A DNA stretch of 64,000 nucleotides from Candidatus Babeliales bacterium (GTDB lineage Bacteria; Babelota; Babeliae; Babelales; JANWKD01): NCBI GenBank assembly GCA_963722255.1, contig CAVRJO010000002.1, forward strand, positions 320,001 to 384,000. The letters are read 5' to 3'. Below, one piece after another: positions 43,778 to 53,316 of this stretch. Position 1 is the stretch's first letter. Every line of letters begins with the position of its first letter. The notes beneath the pieces were generated by a model. It saw only the letters and a list, made by a program, of their open reading frames with translations. It made no database searches and was not told the origin of the DNA. The position numbers and the translations under genes are program-made.

Positions 43778-45118
43778 ATGATAACAATTACCAATACATT
43801 AAGTGGAAAAAAAGAACTATTTAAACCCTTATACCCCCATAAAGTGACCCTTTATGTGTGCGGTATTACACCTTATGATTATTCGCATCTTGGCCATGCC
43901 CGCGTTTATGTGATATTTGATCTCTTCTATCGTCTATTAACTTTTCTTGATTATAAGGTAATTTATTGCCGTAATTTTACCGATATTGATGATAGGTTAT
44001 TACAGAAAGCTGAAAAAGAATATGGGGATAAACAGCAGTTTTTAATGATTGCTTCGCACTATATTCAAGCATATCAAGAAGATATGGCAGCTTTACATTG
44101 CTTACCTCCTACTTTTCAACCTCGTGTAACAGATCATATTCCCGAAATAATAACCTTTATTAAAGCCCTGATTGATACAAATAAAGCATATGTGGTTGAT
44201 GGAGATGTTTACTTTAGCATCGATGCATTCGCAGACTACGGAAAATTATCAAAACAAAATATTGAAGACCTTCAAATTGGCGCTCGTGTAGAAATCAATA
44301 AAAATAAAAAAAATCCTCTTGATTTTGCCTTATGGAAAAGTGAGCCTGAAGGGACATTTTGGAAAAGCCCATGGGGTTATGGACGCCCAGGTTGGCACAT
44401 TGAATGTTCAGCTCTTGCACGCCATTTTTTAGGCGAGCATATTGATATTCATGGCGGTGGCATGGATCTTATATTTCCTCATCATGAAAATGAAATAGCT
44501 CAATCAGAAAGCCTTTTTGGAAAACCTTTTTCTTATTATTGGATGCACAATGCATTTGTTCGCATCAACAAAGAAAAAATGTCCAAATCTCTTGAAAACT
44601 TTTTTACCATTAAAGACATTATTAAAAAATTTGACCCGATGGTCCTGCGTTTTTTAATAATAAACCACTATTATCGTGCTCCTTTAGATTTTTCATGGGA
44701 TGATTTAGAAGTTGCACAAAAAACATATCAAAGACTTTGCACTTTCTTTGCACAGTTTACCTGTGATGAAAAAGTTTCTCCTGAAAAAATTAAAGAATCT
44801 GATATTGTACAAAAGATGCTAACTTTTTTATCTGATGATCTTAATACTCCCGGAATGCTTGGCGTACTTTTTGAAAACTTAAAGGAACTTGCTAAAAATC
44901 CTGAAGAGGTATGCTTGGTAAAAGCATTTATCCAAGAAGTATTGGGTTTATCATTAGTGCCTTTGCCTGAAAAAGAAGTTGTTATCACTGATGAAATTCA
45001 AAAGCTTATTACGCAACGAGAAGAAGCTCGAGCAGAGAAAAATTGGAAAAAAGCTGATGAAATTCGTGATAAACTTCATCAGCTTGGATATTCAGTTAAA
45101 GATGGCAAAAGTAAGTAA
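43778..45118 (+). CDS. cysS: Cysteine--tRNA ligase
   Basis: CGITPY, HLGH, PGWHIECS, KMSKS. Confidence 0.98.
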   Translation: MITITNTLSGKKELFKPLYPHKVTLYVCGITPYDYSHLGHARVYVIFDLFYRLLTFLDYKVIYCRNFTDIDDRLLQKAEKEYGDKQQFLMIASHYIQAYQEDMAALHCLPPTFQPRVTDHIPEIITFIKALIDTNKAYVVDGDVYFSIDAFADYGKLSKQNIEDLQIGARVEINKNKKNPLDFALWKSEPEGTFWKSPWGYGRPGWHIECSALARHFLGEHIDIHGGGMDLIFPHHENEIAQSESLFGKPFSYYWMHNAFVRINKEKMSKSLENFFTIKDIIKKFDPMVLRFLIINHYYRAPLDFSWDDLEVAQKTYQRLCTFFAQFTCDEKVSPEKIKESDIVQKMLTFLSDDLNTPGMLGVLFENLKELAKNPEEVCLVKAFIQEVLGLSLVPLPEKEVVITDEIQKLITQREEARAEKNWKKADEIRDKLHQLGYSVKDGKSK

Positions 45119-45121
45119 CCC

Positions 45122-46087
45122 TCATGAATTTTCCCCTTGCTGATCGAACATCTTCTGGATTTGTTTAAGATTTTCTATCCTTCTAGAAATTCTTGGATGA
45201 GGTGCAAACAATGATAAATCTTCAACACCGTCTCGTTGCAATTCTTTCATATAGAATAATGCACCTTCAGTATCACCTAAAGATTCTACTGTCTGGCTAT
45301 CAGCATGAAATTCTAAATTTTGTGAAAATTTGGAATAAAGGAAATTATTTAAAAGAGCATGAAAAAATCCAGAACAAAGGAGCTTGTTATTCAATGTCCT
45401 ACATAACAAGAACAAAAGATTATTTTGAAGATTATATCATTTTTCAACCATTTTAAGAATTTTACTTGAACTCAGCAGATAGATAAAAAGAGCACTCACA
45501 GTTGATAATGCTGATATTCCGGTAAAACAAACTTTCTTATAAAAATAATTTTCTTTAAAACGAATTAATTCATGAGCGAAAGCAAATTGCTTTGCTTTAA
45601 GAGACATTTCTTTAAATTTTTCTCCGTAATACATCACACCCGATTGGCCAATACAAATGCATGAATGCGCAGAATTGTTTAATGACGGTTCTTCCAAGTA
45701 TTTAATTTCAGATTCATCAACAGCAAGCTTTTCCAAAGTAGCGGAAAACATCGTTAAACATTCTTCGTCAAATGTTTCTTTTTCCCGTAAATCATCCAAG
45801 CTCATCGCATCTTCAAAATACGGTAGATCACTTTTGCATCTTTTTGTTACGTAATACGCTAAACAATACACCAACGGTGATCCAAGAGAATAGGTAAATG
45901 GCAACCAATTCAAAAGAAAATTTATTGTAGTTTTCTCATATTTATCTGTATTTTTCTGCGCTAAATCATCCCCCGTAAATGATGGTGTTGGAAGAGATAA
46001 GAACAAACCAACATTGCGCATTGCTATTAAAGATGAAGAGAACATAAAAAATGTACAAAGTAAAACTGATTTTATTATCATAAACAA
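45122..46087 (-). pseudogene. Decayed M48-like metallopeptidase with one in-frame TGA
   Basis: The two track ORFs share a frame across TGA at 45439..45437; AHELIR (broken HExxH), EFHAD, HPRISRRI. Confidence 0.7.
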
Positions 46088-46176
46088 CCTAACTATAGAT
46101 ATTTAGTGTTACATTCCGTTTATTTATTGGAGCATTGTAATAAAAAATATAAACATTAGGAAGTATGTAAATTTTT

Positions 46177-46238
46177 AAAGCTGATGAAATCCGTGATAAA
46201 CTTCATCAGCTTGGGTATTCAGTAAAAAAAGTAAGTAA
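46177..46238 (+). repeat. Direct repeat of the cysS 3' end (45050..45118)
   Basis: 47-bp core with 2 mismatches, plus shared AAAAGTAAGTAA tail. Confidence 0.9.
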
Positions 46239-46239
46239 A

Positions 46240-46629
46240 TTATTGTATATATAATAATTTTTGCGAATTATAGAAAATGGTTAAATTTTGCCTTTGACCG
46301 ATCTGATCACTACTCCACGTACGCGATAATTTGGTATCATTATCATCATTAAAAATAATTGTAGCATTTATACTGTCAAGATCTTTATAACATCCTGGTG
46401 ATTGCCTATTTTGTAGCGAACCTGAAATATCCATCTTAGATGAAGCGGGAAGCATTACTTTTAATTCAGCATAATATTTAGGATTCTTGTTATCATAACC
46501 CGGAACAAAACATTTCTCTGCATACGTAATCTTCAATTCTATTTCATTCGGCGTCTTATTAGTTATAATGGTTGCTTGCATACTGCCTACAAAAATCACA
46601 CCAAAAAAGAGAACTATTTTTAATTTCAT
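46240..46629 (-). CDS. Small exported protein
   Basis: Signal peptide ending MQA, then TIITNKT. Confidence 0.7.
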   Translation of the reverse strand: MKLKIVLFFGVIFVGSMQATIITNKTPNEIELKITYAEKCFVPGYDNKNPKYYAELKVMLPASSKMDISGSLQNRQSPGCYKDLDSINATIIFNDDNDTKLSRTWSSDQIGQRQNLTIFYNSQKLLYIQ

Positions 46630-46639
46630 AAAATTCCTT

Positions 46640-47092
46640 TCATCGTCCACTACATTGTCCTTTAGTCAATTTATCTTCAATACAAATTCTTAAACGAGAT
46701 TGTCTTATAATCGTAAAATCTCCCGATGGTACCGTAGGATATGTTGAATCGGCTGTATTACCAATTTTAATCTTATTAGTATTCACAACCGCAAACAGCT
46801 TACCGTAAATAGTAATTTTTCGGGCATTAGGTTTTTCAAACGTTGAGGGCCATTGGAAAGTAAATTGATTATTGGGAGTAACCGTTGGAATCGTTCGGGT
46901 AATAAAAGAGCTCCCATGTGGATCAATAATTTCATCAATGACAACAAGAGTCATACCTGTTTCATTAATAATCGTTACCGGCCATAGCTGTATTGAACCT
47001 TGAACCACAATCATAGGTGCTTTTATACACCCAAAAATAGTAAGTGCTGCAGCTAAAATTAACCTAAATCTAATTATTTCTAAACGTTTCAT
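46640..47092 (-). CDS. Small exported protein
   Basis: Signal peptide; VTIINETG. Confidence 0.65.
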   Translation of the reverse strand: MKRLEIIRFRLILAAALTIFGCIKAPMIVVQGSIQLWPVTIINETGMTLVVIDEIIDPHGSSFITRTIPTVTPNNQFTFQWPSTFEKPNARKITIYGKLFAVVNTNKIKIGNTADSTYPTVPSGDFTIIRQSRLRICIEDKLTKGQCSGR

Positions 47093-47196
47093 TGTCTTCT
47101 GCCCTACTCTAATAAAACAGTATTCTTTATATAGAGTATAACAAAATTTAATTACAATCTGCAATATTAAGATTTGTGTTATTTGAATATGAGTGT

Positions 47197-47631
47197 TTAA
47201 AGCAAGTTTACAACTTTTGTTTTTAATAACGATAGGCCTTTTAAACCCGATTTTATACCTCTAGAAAAAGCAATTGAATTACAAAGCTGTGATTGAAACT
47301 TCAAATATTTTGATCGGCAAGGTTGTTTAAGTGCTTCACAGCCGCCAAAATAGATCATATGGGCCCCTAAAACTCCTTCAAGCAAGGCAGGGCAACTTGA
47401 ACTAAAAAATCCAGCCAAATTAGATGAATTATTCATAAAAGACGAATATAATGAACTTGCTGCATAAAAAACCATTGTTCCACCTAAAACAACCTTATAA
47501 CAGCCAAATAACTGCTTCGGAGTTGGTTTGGTAAATGATTTTGGCACATTTGATTCAATTTTTGCTGCCAAAGGACTCATTCCTAATAAAACAAGACACA
47601 TTAATAATCTAAGTTTTGGTATATATATCAT
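47197..47631 (-). CDS. Hypothetical membrane or exported protein
   Basis: GAGGAGG RBS; signal peptide and hydrophobic segments. Confidence 0.65.
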   Translation of the reverse strand: MIYIPKLRLLMCLVLLGMSPLAAKIESNVPKSFTKPTPKQLFGCYKVVLGGTMVFYAASSLYSSFMNNSSNLAGFFSSSCPALLEGVLGAHMIYFGGCEALKQPCRSKYLKFQSQLCNSIAFSRGIKSGLKGLSLLKTKVVNLL

Positions 47632-47845
47632 AACATCCCCCTCCTCATAGCCTTAACTAGTACCTTTACCCTTCTTAAACATTATATACTATTTGTAATA
47701 TATTTCAAGCTTTCTACTAATTTTGCGTATAAAAACCAGTATTCAAGGCTTACCCATCAACTATCAAAATCACTACTTTTTTTTGCATTATTATCGTAAT
47801 CTAATAAAAAACATCTATTTAAATTAGTTTCAAAATTGGATATGT

Positions 47846-50479
47846 ATGGAAATAACAAAAGAACCTCGTGTTGTAAAAAAAATCTTAGACAATGGATTAA
47901 CCATTCTTATTCGACCATGCCATTCGGTGCCAAAAGTATCTATTCAACTTTGGTATAATGTCGGATCAAAAGACGAAAAAACCGGCGAAAAAGGAATTGC
48001 TCATCTTATTGAACATATGATTTTCAAAGGGACTGCAAAACTTTCTGAATCCGATATAAATATGATTACACAAAAGCTTTCCGGCGTTTGCAATGCTTTC
48101 ACGTCTTATGATTATACGGGCTATCTCTTTGATTTTCCAAGCCATCATTGGCAAGAGGCATTACCAATAATGGCCGATTGCATGAGAAATTGTACTTTTA
48201 AGCAAGAACTCCTCAATTCTGAAATGAAAGCGGTCATCCAAGAACTCAAAATGTATCGCGATAATTATAGTTCAAGTCTCATTGAACATATGATAACAAC
48301 TATTTTTAATGATCATCCATATCACTATCCAATTATTGGCTTTAAGCAAGACCTTTGGAATCTTAAAAGTGAAGATTTAATTGCATTCTATAATAAATAT
48401 TATTACCCCAATAATGCAACGTTGGTTATTGTTGGTGATGTAGATGTGCAAAAAGCATTTCAGTTAGCAGATAAAAACTTTGGTTCTATTGCACCTAACA
48501 ATACCATAAAAAAAGAGTCTTATTCACACAAAAGCGATTTGATAGCAACAACAACCACACTCTATAGAGACATCAAAACGCCACAAATTGCTTTAGCCTA
48601 TGTAGTTCCGGGTGCCTATGAACAACAAGACTACTTTTTAGCATTGCTTTCATGGATTTTAGGTTCTGGAAAAAATTCGCGATTACAAAAAAAACTGGTA
48701 GAAGAGCTCCAACTAGTTACCGAACTTGAATCATTTGTTTATGATCTTTTTGATTATGGTGCTTTCTTTATCTATTTTCAACCTAAAGATCCTCATGACA
48801 ATCAAAAGATTATTTCATTAATACACCAAGAAATTGAGAATATCATCAGTAATGGATTAACAAAAGAAGAAATTAGTCGAGCAATTAAACAAAGTGAAGC
48901 AGATTATTTAGATCTTTTAGAAAATAACCAAAGGCAAGCATATACGATCGGACAATCATATCTTGCCACTGGCAATGAAAACTATTTATTTACCTATTTA
49001 AATCATGCACCTGAAACTATTGAACCTGCTTTAATGCATCTTTTAAAAACTTATTTTAATCCAACAGCGTTGCATAGTGGCAACTTATTACCACTCCCAG
49101 AAAAAGATAAAGACCTTTGGCTCGATATACAAAAAAAATCTGACGAAGAAGATAATAAAATTTTATCAAAAATAGCGCGTGAAGAAAAAGTAGAGGAAGG
49201 CGTTCTCGTACACTCAATTCAAACACAAAAAGCTCCTATTTTTAACTTTCCAAAGCCAAAAGTTTCTATACTTCCTAATGGACTTACTTTGGTATATTAT
49301 CATAATCCAAATATCCCTAAAATCGATCTTATTCTCGATTTTAAAGCTAAATCTTTTTACGATCCGGAAAATGCTCAAGGTCTTTTAAATTTCATGAGCC
49401 TTATGCTTGAAGAAGGTACAAAAAAATATGATGCCATCCAATTTGCATATGAAATAGAATCTCGCGGAATGACCTTTGAATCTCGGCCTGGCTCAATTTC
49501 TATGAACATGCTCAGCAGCGATTTTAGTAGAGCAATATCTCTTCTACAAGAAGTTGTAACAAATGCTCTATTTCCTCTTGAACAAATCAAAAAAGTTCGT
49601 GATCAGTTACAAACAGATTTGCATAATTTTTGGGATAACCCTTCTAAATTTATTAGCTACCTTGCGCGCAAAGAAATTTATCAAAACCATCCCTATAATA
49701 AATTATCATTGGGGACCCAAGAAGCTCTTAATGCAATAACGAGAAATGATCTCTTAACCGCTTACCAAAATTATATAACACCTCAAGAATCTATCCTGGC
49801 TATTGTTGGTAATGTAGATGGCATTGATGTTGAAAACACCATTATGGAACTGCTCAGTAATTGGCAAGGTCCTAAAGTTGCAACACTAGAGTTTCCTAAA
49901 TTACAAGAACAAACAGCACATGAACTCATTCATCAAATTAATCGTGATCAGATTGTTCTTGCATTTGCAGGACTTTCTGTTGATAGAAATAATAAAGACT
50001 TTGATAAACTTCTTATTTTCGATCAAATCTTTACAGGCGGCGTTTTAGGCTCTATGAGTTCACGGCTCTTTGAATTACGAGAACGTTCTGGTCTTTTTTA
50101 TACCATAGGCGGTTCGCTTTTGATGCATTCTGATGAACAACCTGGAATGACCTTTATAAGGACTATTGTTTCACAAGATCGTTTACATGAAGCCGAATTA
50201 CAAATTGCAGAAACTATTAATACAGCATCTCAGGTTATAACTGATGATGAGTATGAACAAAGCCTTAATGCTTTAAGCAACTCTTTAATTGACAATTTTG
50301 AATCAAATAAACGTATTGCACAAAGCTTTTTGTTTTTACAAAGATTTAAGTTACCTGATACTTATTTTGACGCGCGAGCACAACAGCTTGCTAAAATTTC
50401 TAAAAAAGAAATTCAAGAGGCTGTTGCAAAAGTTCTTGATTCAAAAAAGATGGTAAAAATTAGAGTTGGAAGAGTATAA
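47846..50479 (+). CDS. M16 (PqqL/insulinase-like) zinc protease with two fused halves
   Basis: HLIEH inverted zinc motif, NAFTS; second half lacks the motif. Confidence 0.95.
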   Translation: MEITKEPRVVKKILDNGLTILIRPCHSVPKVSIQLWYNVGSKDEKTGEKGIAHLIEHMIFKGTAKLSESDINMITQKLSGVCNAFTSYDYTGYLFDFPSHHWQEALPIMADCMRNCTFKQELLNSEMKAVIQELKMYRDNYSSSLIEHMITTIFNDHPYHYPIIGFKQDLWNLKSEDLIAFYNKYYYPNNATLVIVGDVDVQKAFQLADKNFGSIAPNNTIKKESYSHKSDLIATTTTLYRDIKTPQIALAYVVPGAYEQQDYFLALLSWILGSGKNSRLQKKLVEELQLVTELESFVYDLFDYGAFFIYFQPKDPHDNQKIISLIHQEIENIISNGLTKEEISRAIKQSEADYLDLLENNQRQAYTIGQSYLATGNENYLFTYLNHAPETIEPALMHLLKTYFNPTALHSGNLLPLPEKDKDLWLDIQKKSDEEDNKILSKIAREEKVEEGVLVHSIQTQKAPIFNFPKPKVSILPNGLTLVYYHNPNIPKIDLILDFKAKSFYDPENAQGLLNFMSLMLEEGTKKYDAIQFAYEIESRGMTFESRPGSISMNMLSSDFSRAISLLQEVVTNALFPLEQIKKVRDQLQTDLHNFWDNPSKFISYLARKEIYQNHPYNKLSLGTQEALNAITRNDLLTAYQNYITPQESILAIVGNVDGIDVENTIMELLSNWQGPKVATLEFPKLQEQTAHELIHQINRDQIVLAFAGLSVDRNNKDFDKLLIFDQIFTGGVLGSMSSRLFELRERSGLFYTIGGSLLMHSDEQPGMTFIRTIVSQDRLHEAELQIAETINTASQVITDDEYEQSLNALSNSLIDNFESNKRIAQSFLFLQRFKLPDTYFDARAQQLAKISKKEIQEAVAKVLDSKKMVKIRVGRV

Positions 50480-50491
50480 AAATATTTTTAA

Positions 50492-50521
50492 TAAGGTCTT
50501 TTGCTTGTCCAAAAGACCTTA
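50492..50521. terminator. Hairpin terminator
   Basis: TAAGGTCTTTTG...CAAAAGACCTTA. Confidence 0.75.
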
Positions 50522-50527
50522 ACCCAA

Positions 50528-50659
50528 AAAGACCCCAACAGTTCCTTTGGATACCTCTCCCGCGCGAATGATGAACCACTTCAACATTAATGCTTACAGC
50601 ATTAAGTTTTCGGGTTCACAACGCGCTAGCGGAGAATTAATCTACTAATTTGGCGATCT
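50528..50659 (-). ncRNA. Rod-shaped structured RNA, 6S RNA candidate
   Basis: Nested stems around a central bubble, GC-enriched; upstream TTGATA-18-GATAAT promoter (50691..50662); downstream terminator. Confidence 0.55.
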
Positions 50660-50861
50660 AAATTATCGCTTAGGAAAAACATAAGTATCAAGATGTCATT
50701 TTGAGCGTAGCATAGAAATCAATGTGAATTAATGATTCATGTTTATATATTTATATATACCTATATTTTTTTAACATTTTATTACACATTGCAAATAATT
50801 CAAATTGCTCTATACTAGAAATTAGTAGTTAATAATGGTTATTGATAACAATGGAGAAAAT

Positions 50862-51230
50862 ATGAAATTTTCAAAAAAATTAAAGGTGATGGCAATTGGC
50901 TTAATCTTGTCCCTAGCAAGCTCGACCCAAATCAAATGCGATGAAGTAGAGCAAGTCAAAAAAAATACAGCAAAATTAGCCTACCAACACCCTTATATTC
51001 CTGGGGCCATGGGAGCATTAGCATTTACAAAGTTTTTTAAAGCAACTGCTTTTAAACGTTTTGTTGCCTTTTCAATGATGGCCATTACCGGATCTTTATT
51101 ATCCCAATCTTACAGTGAAAAATACCTTAAAAATAATCTTAACTGTTTTGAATGGGCGACATTTAAAACTCCTACCTTTAAAGCAAAAACAGAAGAATTA
51201 AAACTAAAAATAAAAAATCTATTCAGCTAA
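50862..51230 (+). CDS. Exported or membrane hypothetical protein
   Basis: GGAG RBS, signal peptide; TTGCAA-16-TATACT promoter at 50789..50816. Confidence 0.65.
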   Translation: MKFSKKLKVMAIGLILSLASSTQIKCDEVEQVKKNTAKLAYQHPYIPGAMGALAFTKFFKATAFKRFVAFSMMAITGSLLSQSYSEKYLKNNLNCFEWATFKTPTFKAKTEELKLKIKNLFS

Positions 51231-51423
51231 ACAAATACCCTCTTAAGTCTTAAGCTTTCAAAACTTAAGGGTATTTCATTCTCTCATTACCGGTTATAAA
51301 ATAATTATAGTGTAGAGTTTCCAAGCTTGAACAAACAATTATTTCAAATAAAATTGCTTTTTTTATTACCCCTTTTATACTAAATAATAGAGTATTTATT
51401 GCGAAAAACCGAGTAAGTGAAAG

Positions 51424-51999
51424 GTGGTACTGGTGATCTCAACATCTGAATTCAGAAAAGGATCCAAAATCTTATTTCGAAGCGAACCTTATGTTGTCGT
51501 CGATTTTCAATGGGTTAAACCTGGCAAAGGCGGAGCCTATATTCGTACAAAAATGAGAAACATGATAACGGGTCTCGTTCGTGAAGAAACATTTAGATCT
51601 GGAGAAAAATTAGAAACACCTGATCTTGAATATCGTGATATGCAATACTTATACCACGATGATGGCCATTACCATTTCTTAGATCAAGATAGCTTTGAGC
51701 AAGTTTCATTCAACAAAGAGCAAATAGAAGAAGTTGAAAGCTTCCTCAAAGAACAAGAGATTTATAATGTTCTGAACTTTGCAGGAAAACCGATCGCTGT
51801 AACACCACCCTTATTTATGGATCTCAAAGTAGTGGAAACTCCACCAGGGGTCCGCGGTGACACTGCTCAAGGCGGAGCAACAAAACCAGCAACATTAGAA
51901 ACAGGTCTTGTATTACAAGTGCCTCTTTTTGTTAATGAAGGCGACATCATTAAAGTCGACACCAGAGATTCAAAATATATTGAACGTGTAAAAAAATAA
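51424..51999 (+). CDS. efp: Elongation factor P
   Basis: KPGKGGA, PGVRGDT, KPATLETG, VPLF. Confidence 0.97.
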   Translation: MVLVISTSEFRKGSKILFRSEPYVVVDFQWVKPGKGGAYIRTKMRNMITGLVREETFRSGEKLETPDLEYRDMQYLYHDDGHYHFLDQDSFEQVSFNKEQIEEVESFLKEQEIYNVLNFAGKPIAVTPPLFMDLKVVETPPGVRGDTAQGGATKPATLETGLVLQVPLFVNEGDIIKVDTRDSKYIERVKK

Positions 52000-52026
52000 T
52001 AACTTTTTAATAAAAGGAATAATTGC

Positions 52027-52545
52027 TTGTCTACATGTTTAGAACTTACCCAATTGTCTGCTGAAAATACTCCAGGTACACACTTAAATAATGATCATCA
52101 CGAAAAAAAATTTGCTGAACTCACACAACGTGAAAAAAGATCACTTATTTTCCATTTATTATATGCAGCTGAATCTTTTGATTATCAGCTATCATTGAAT
52201 GCAATCGTTGATAATTTTAATCGGGGCTTTGATTTAGATATACCTTTAGAAAGTGAATTTGTATCTACTGCTCAAACAATTATCGATCAGCGCGATCAAC
52301 TCGACGAAGCATTCAAACCGTTATTAAGCAACTGGCGATTCGACCGACTTGGCGTATGCACTAAACTTATTTTACGGTATGCTATGTGGGAACTTCAAAA
52401 TAGTGATACACTTGCAAGCATTATTATCAATGAAGCAATTGAATTGGCAAAATGTTTTGCTGAAAAAGATGCGTATAAATTCATCAATGGTATTTTAGAT
52501 AAAGCTGTTACTGAATCAACTATACGACCTACACACGCAGAATAA
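52027..52545 (+). CDS. nusB: Transcription antitermination factor NusB
   Basis: NWRFDRL, ILRYA, IINEAIELAK, KFINGILD. Confidence 0.93.
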   Translation: MSTCLELTQLSAENTPGTHLNNDHHEKKFAELTQREKRSLIFHLLYAAESFDYQLSLNAIVDNFNRGFDLDIPLESEFVSTAQTIIDQRDQLDEAFKPLLSNWRFDRLGVCTKLILRYAMWELQNSDTLASIIINEAIELAKCFAEKDAYKFINGILDKAVTESTIRPTHAE

Positions 52546-52593
52546 GTTAATCGCGAATCAAAAAAAGAGTAACATTTATTCTGTTATTATTTA

Positions 52594-53028
52594 TTAATTG
52601 TCCCTAAATGGATTAACTATTTTCATTGTAGCCAAAATAGTTTGATTATGATGCATATCCTCAGAAAATAATATAGCGCAATCATTTTCAAGTGCAGAAG
52701 CAAGTATTAGACTATCAAAATATGAAAATTGATATTTATTTGCAAGCAACAACGCTTGCTCTATAGTTTGACATGATATTGTTACGATATTAAAAATTTG
52801 GGAAAATTCCTTCAGTACCCCAGAAAGTAGTTTATAATCTATTTTTCTTTTTTTATGCATTACGTTAATAAATTCATTAACTACTTGAGTACTTATTAAC
52901 ATTTCAGAATATTTATTTATCAGCGATTCAGTAATTGTTTTTTTATCTAATTCATCAATTGAATAAGCATAAATTAATATATTTGTATCAATAAATATTT
53001 TATCTCTTATTTGCTTCTTCTCTATCAA
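52594..53028 (-). CDS. PIN-domain (VapC-like) toxin; start uncertain
   Basis: FIDTNILIYA, STQVVNE, SYFDSLI, LFSEDM. Confidence 0.9.
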   Translation of the reverse strand: MIEKKQIRDKIFIDTNILIYAYSIDELDKKTITESLINKYSEMLISTQVVNEFINVMHKKRKIDYKLLSGVLKEFSQIFNIVTISCQTIEQALLLANKYQFSYFDSLILASALENDCAILFSEDMHHNQTILATMKIVNPFRDN

Positions 53029-53218
53029 AAGATAGCCCTTTAGTTTTTATCTTTATAGCAGTAAGTTGTTTTTTCTTAGCTTCTTTTTGTTTTTCAATTG
53101 GTTCACTATTAATTAAAATTATAATACGAAACTCTTCCGGTAAGTTTTTCAAATATTTTTTAGGAATTTTAATTATTCCATTCTGTGCATTAGCAACAAA
53201 TTCAATTGCTTCCATCAT
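53000..53218 (-). CDS. Putative antitoxin
   Basis: Small ORF overlapping the PIN gene; NGIIKIP N-terminus, FDREEAN C-terminus. Confidence 0.8.
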   Translation of the reverse strand: MMEAIEFVANAQNGIIKIPKKYLKNLPEEFRIIILINSEPIEKQKEAKKKQLTAIKIKTKGLSFDREEANKR

Positions 53219-53316
53219 GTCCTTTACAGAGATTATTTATATATTTAATAATTTTATCTCACTATGAAAATATAAACAACTGCAATCACAATTCAAAATT
53301 AAATAACAATATCCTT

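Noticed and set aside
45437..45439. TGA recoding (alternative genetic code or selenocysteine)
   Set aside because: TGA terminates other genes here (e.g. atpC), Trp is TGG, and the zinc motif is also broken
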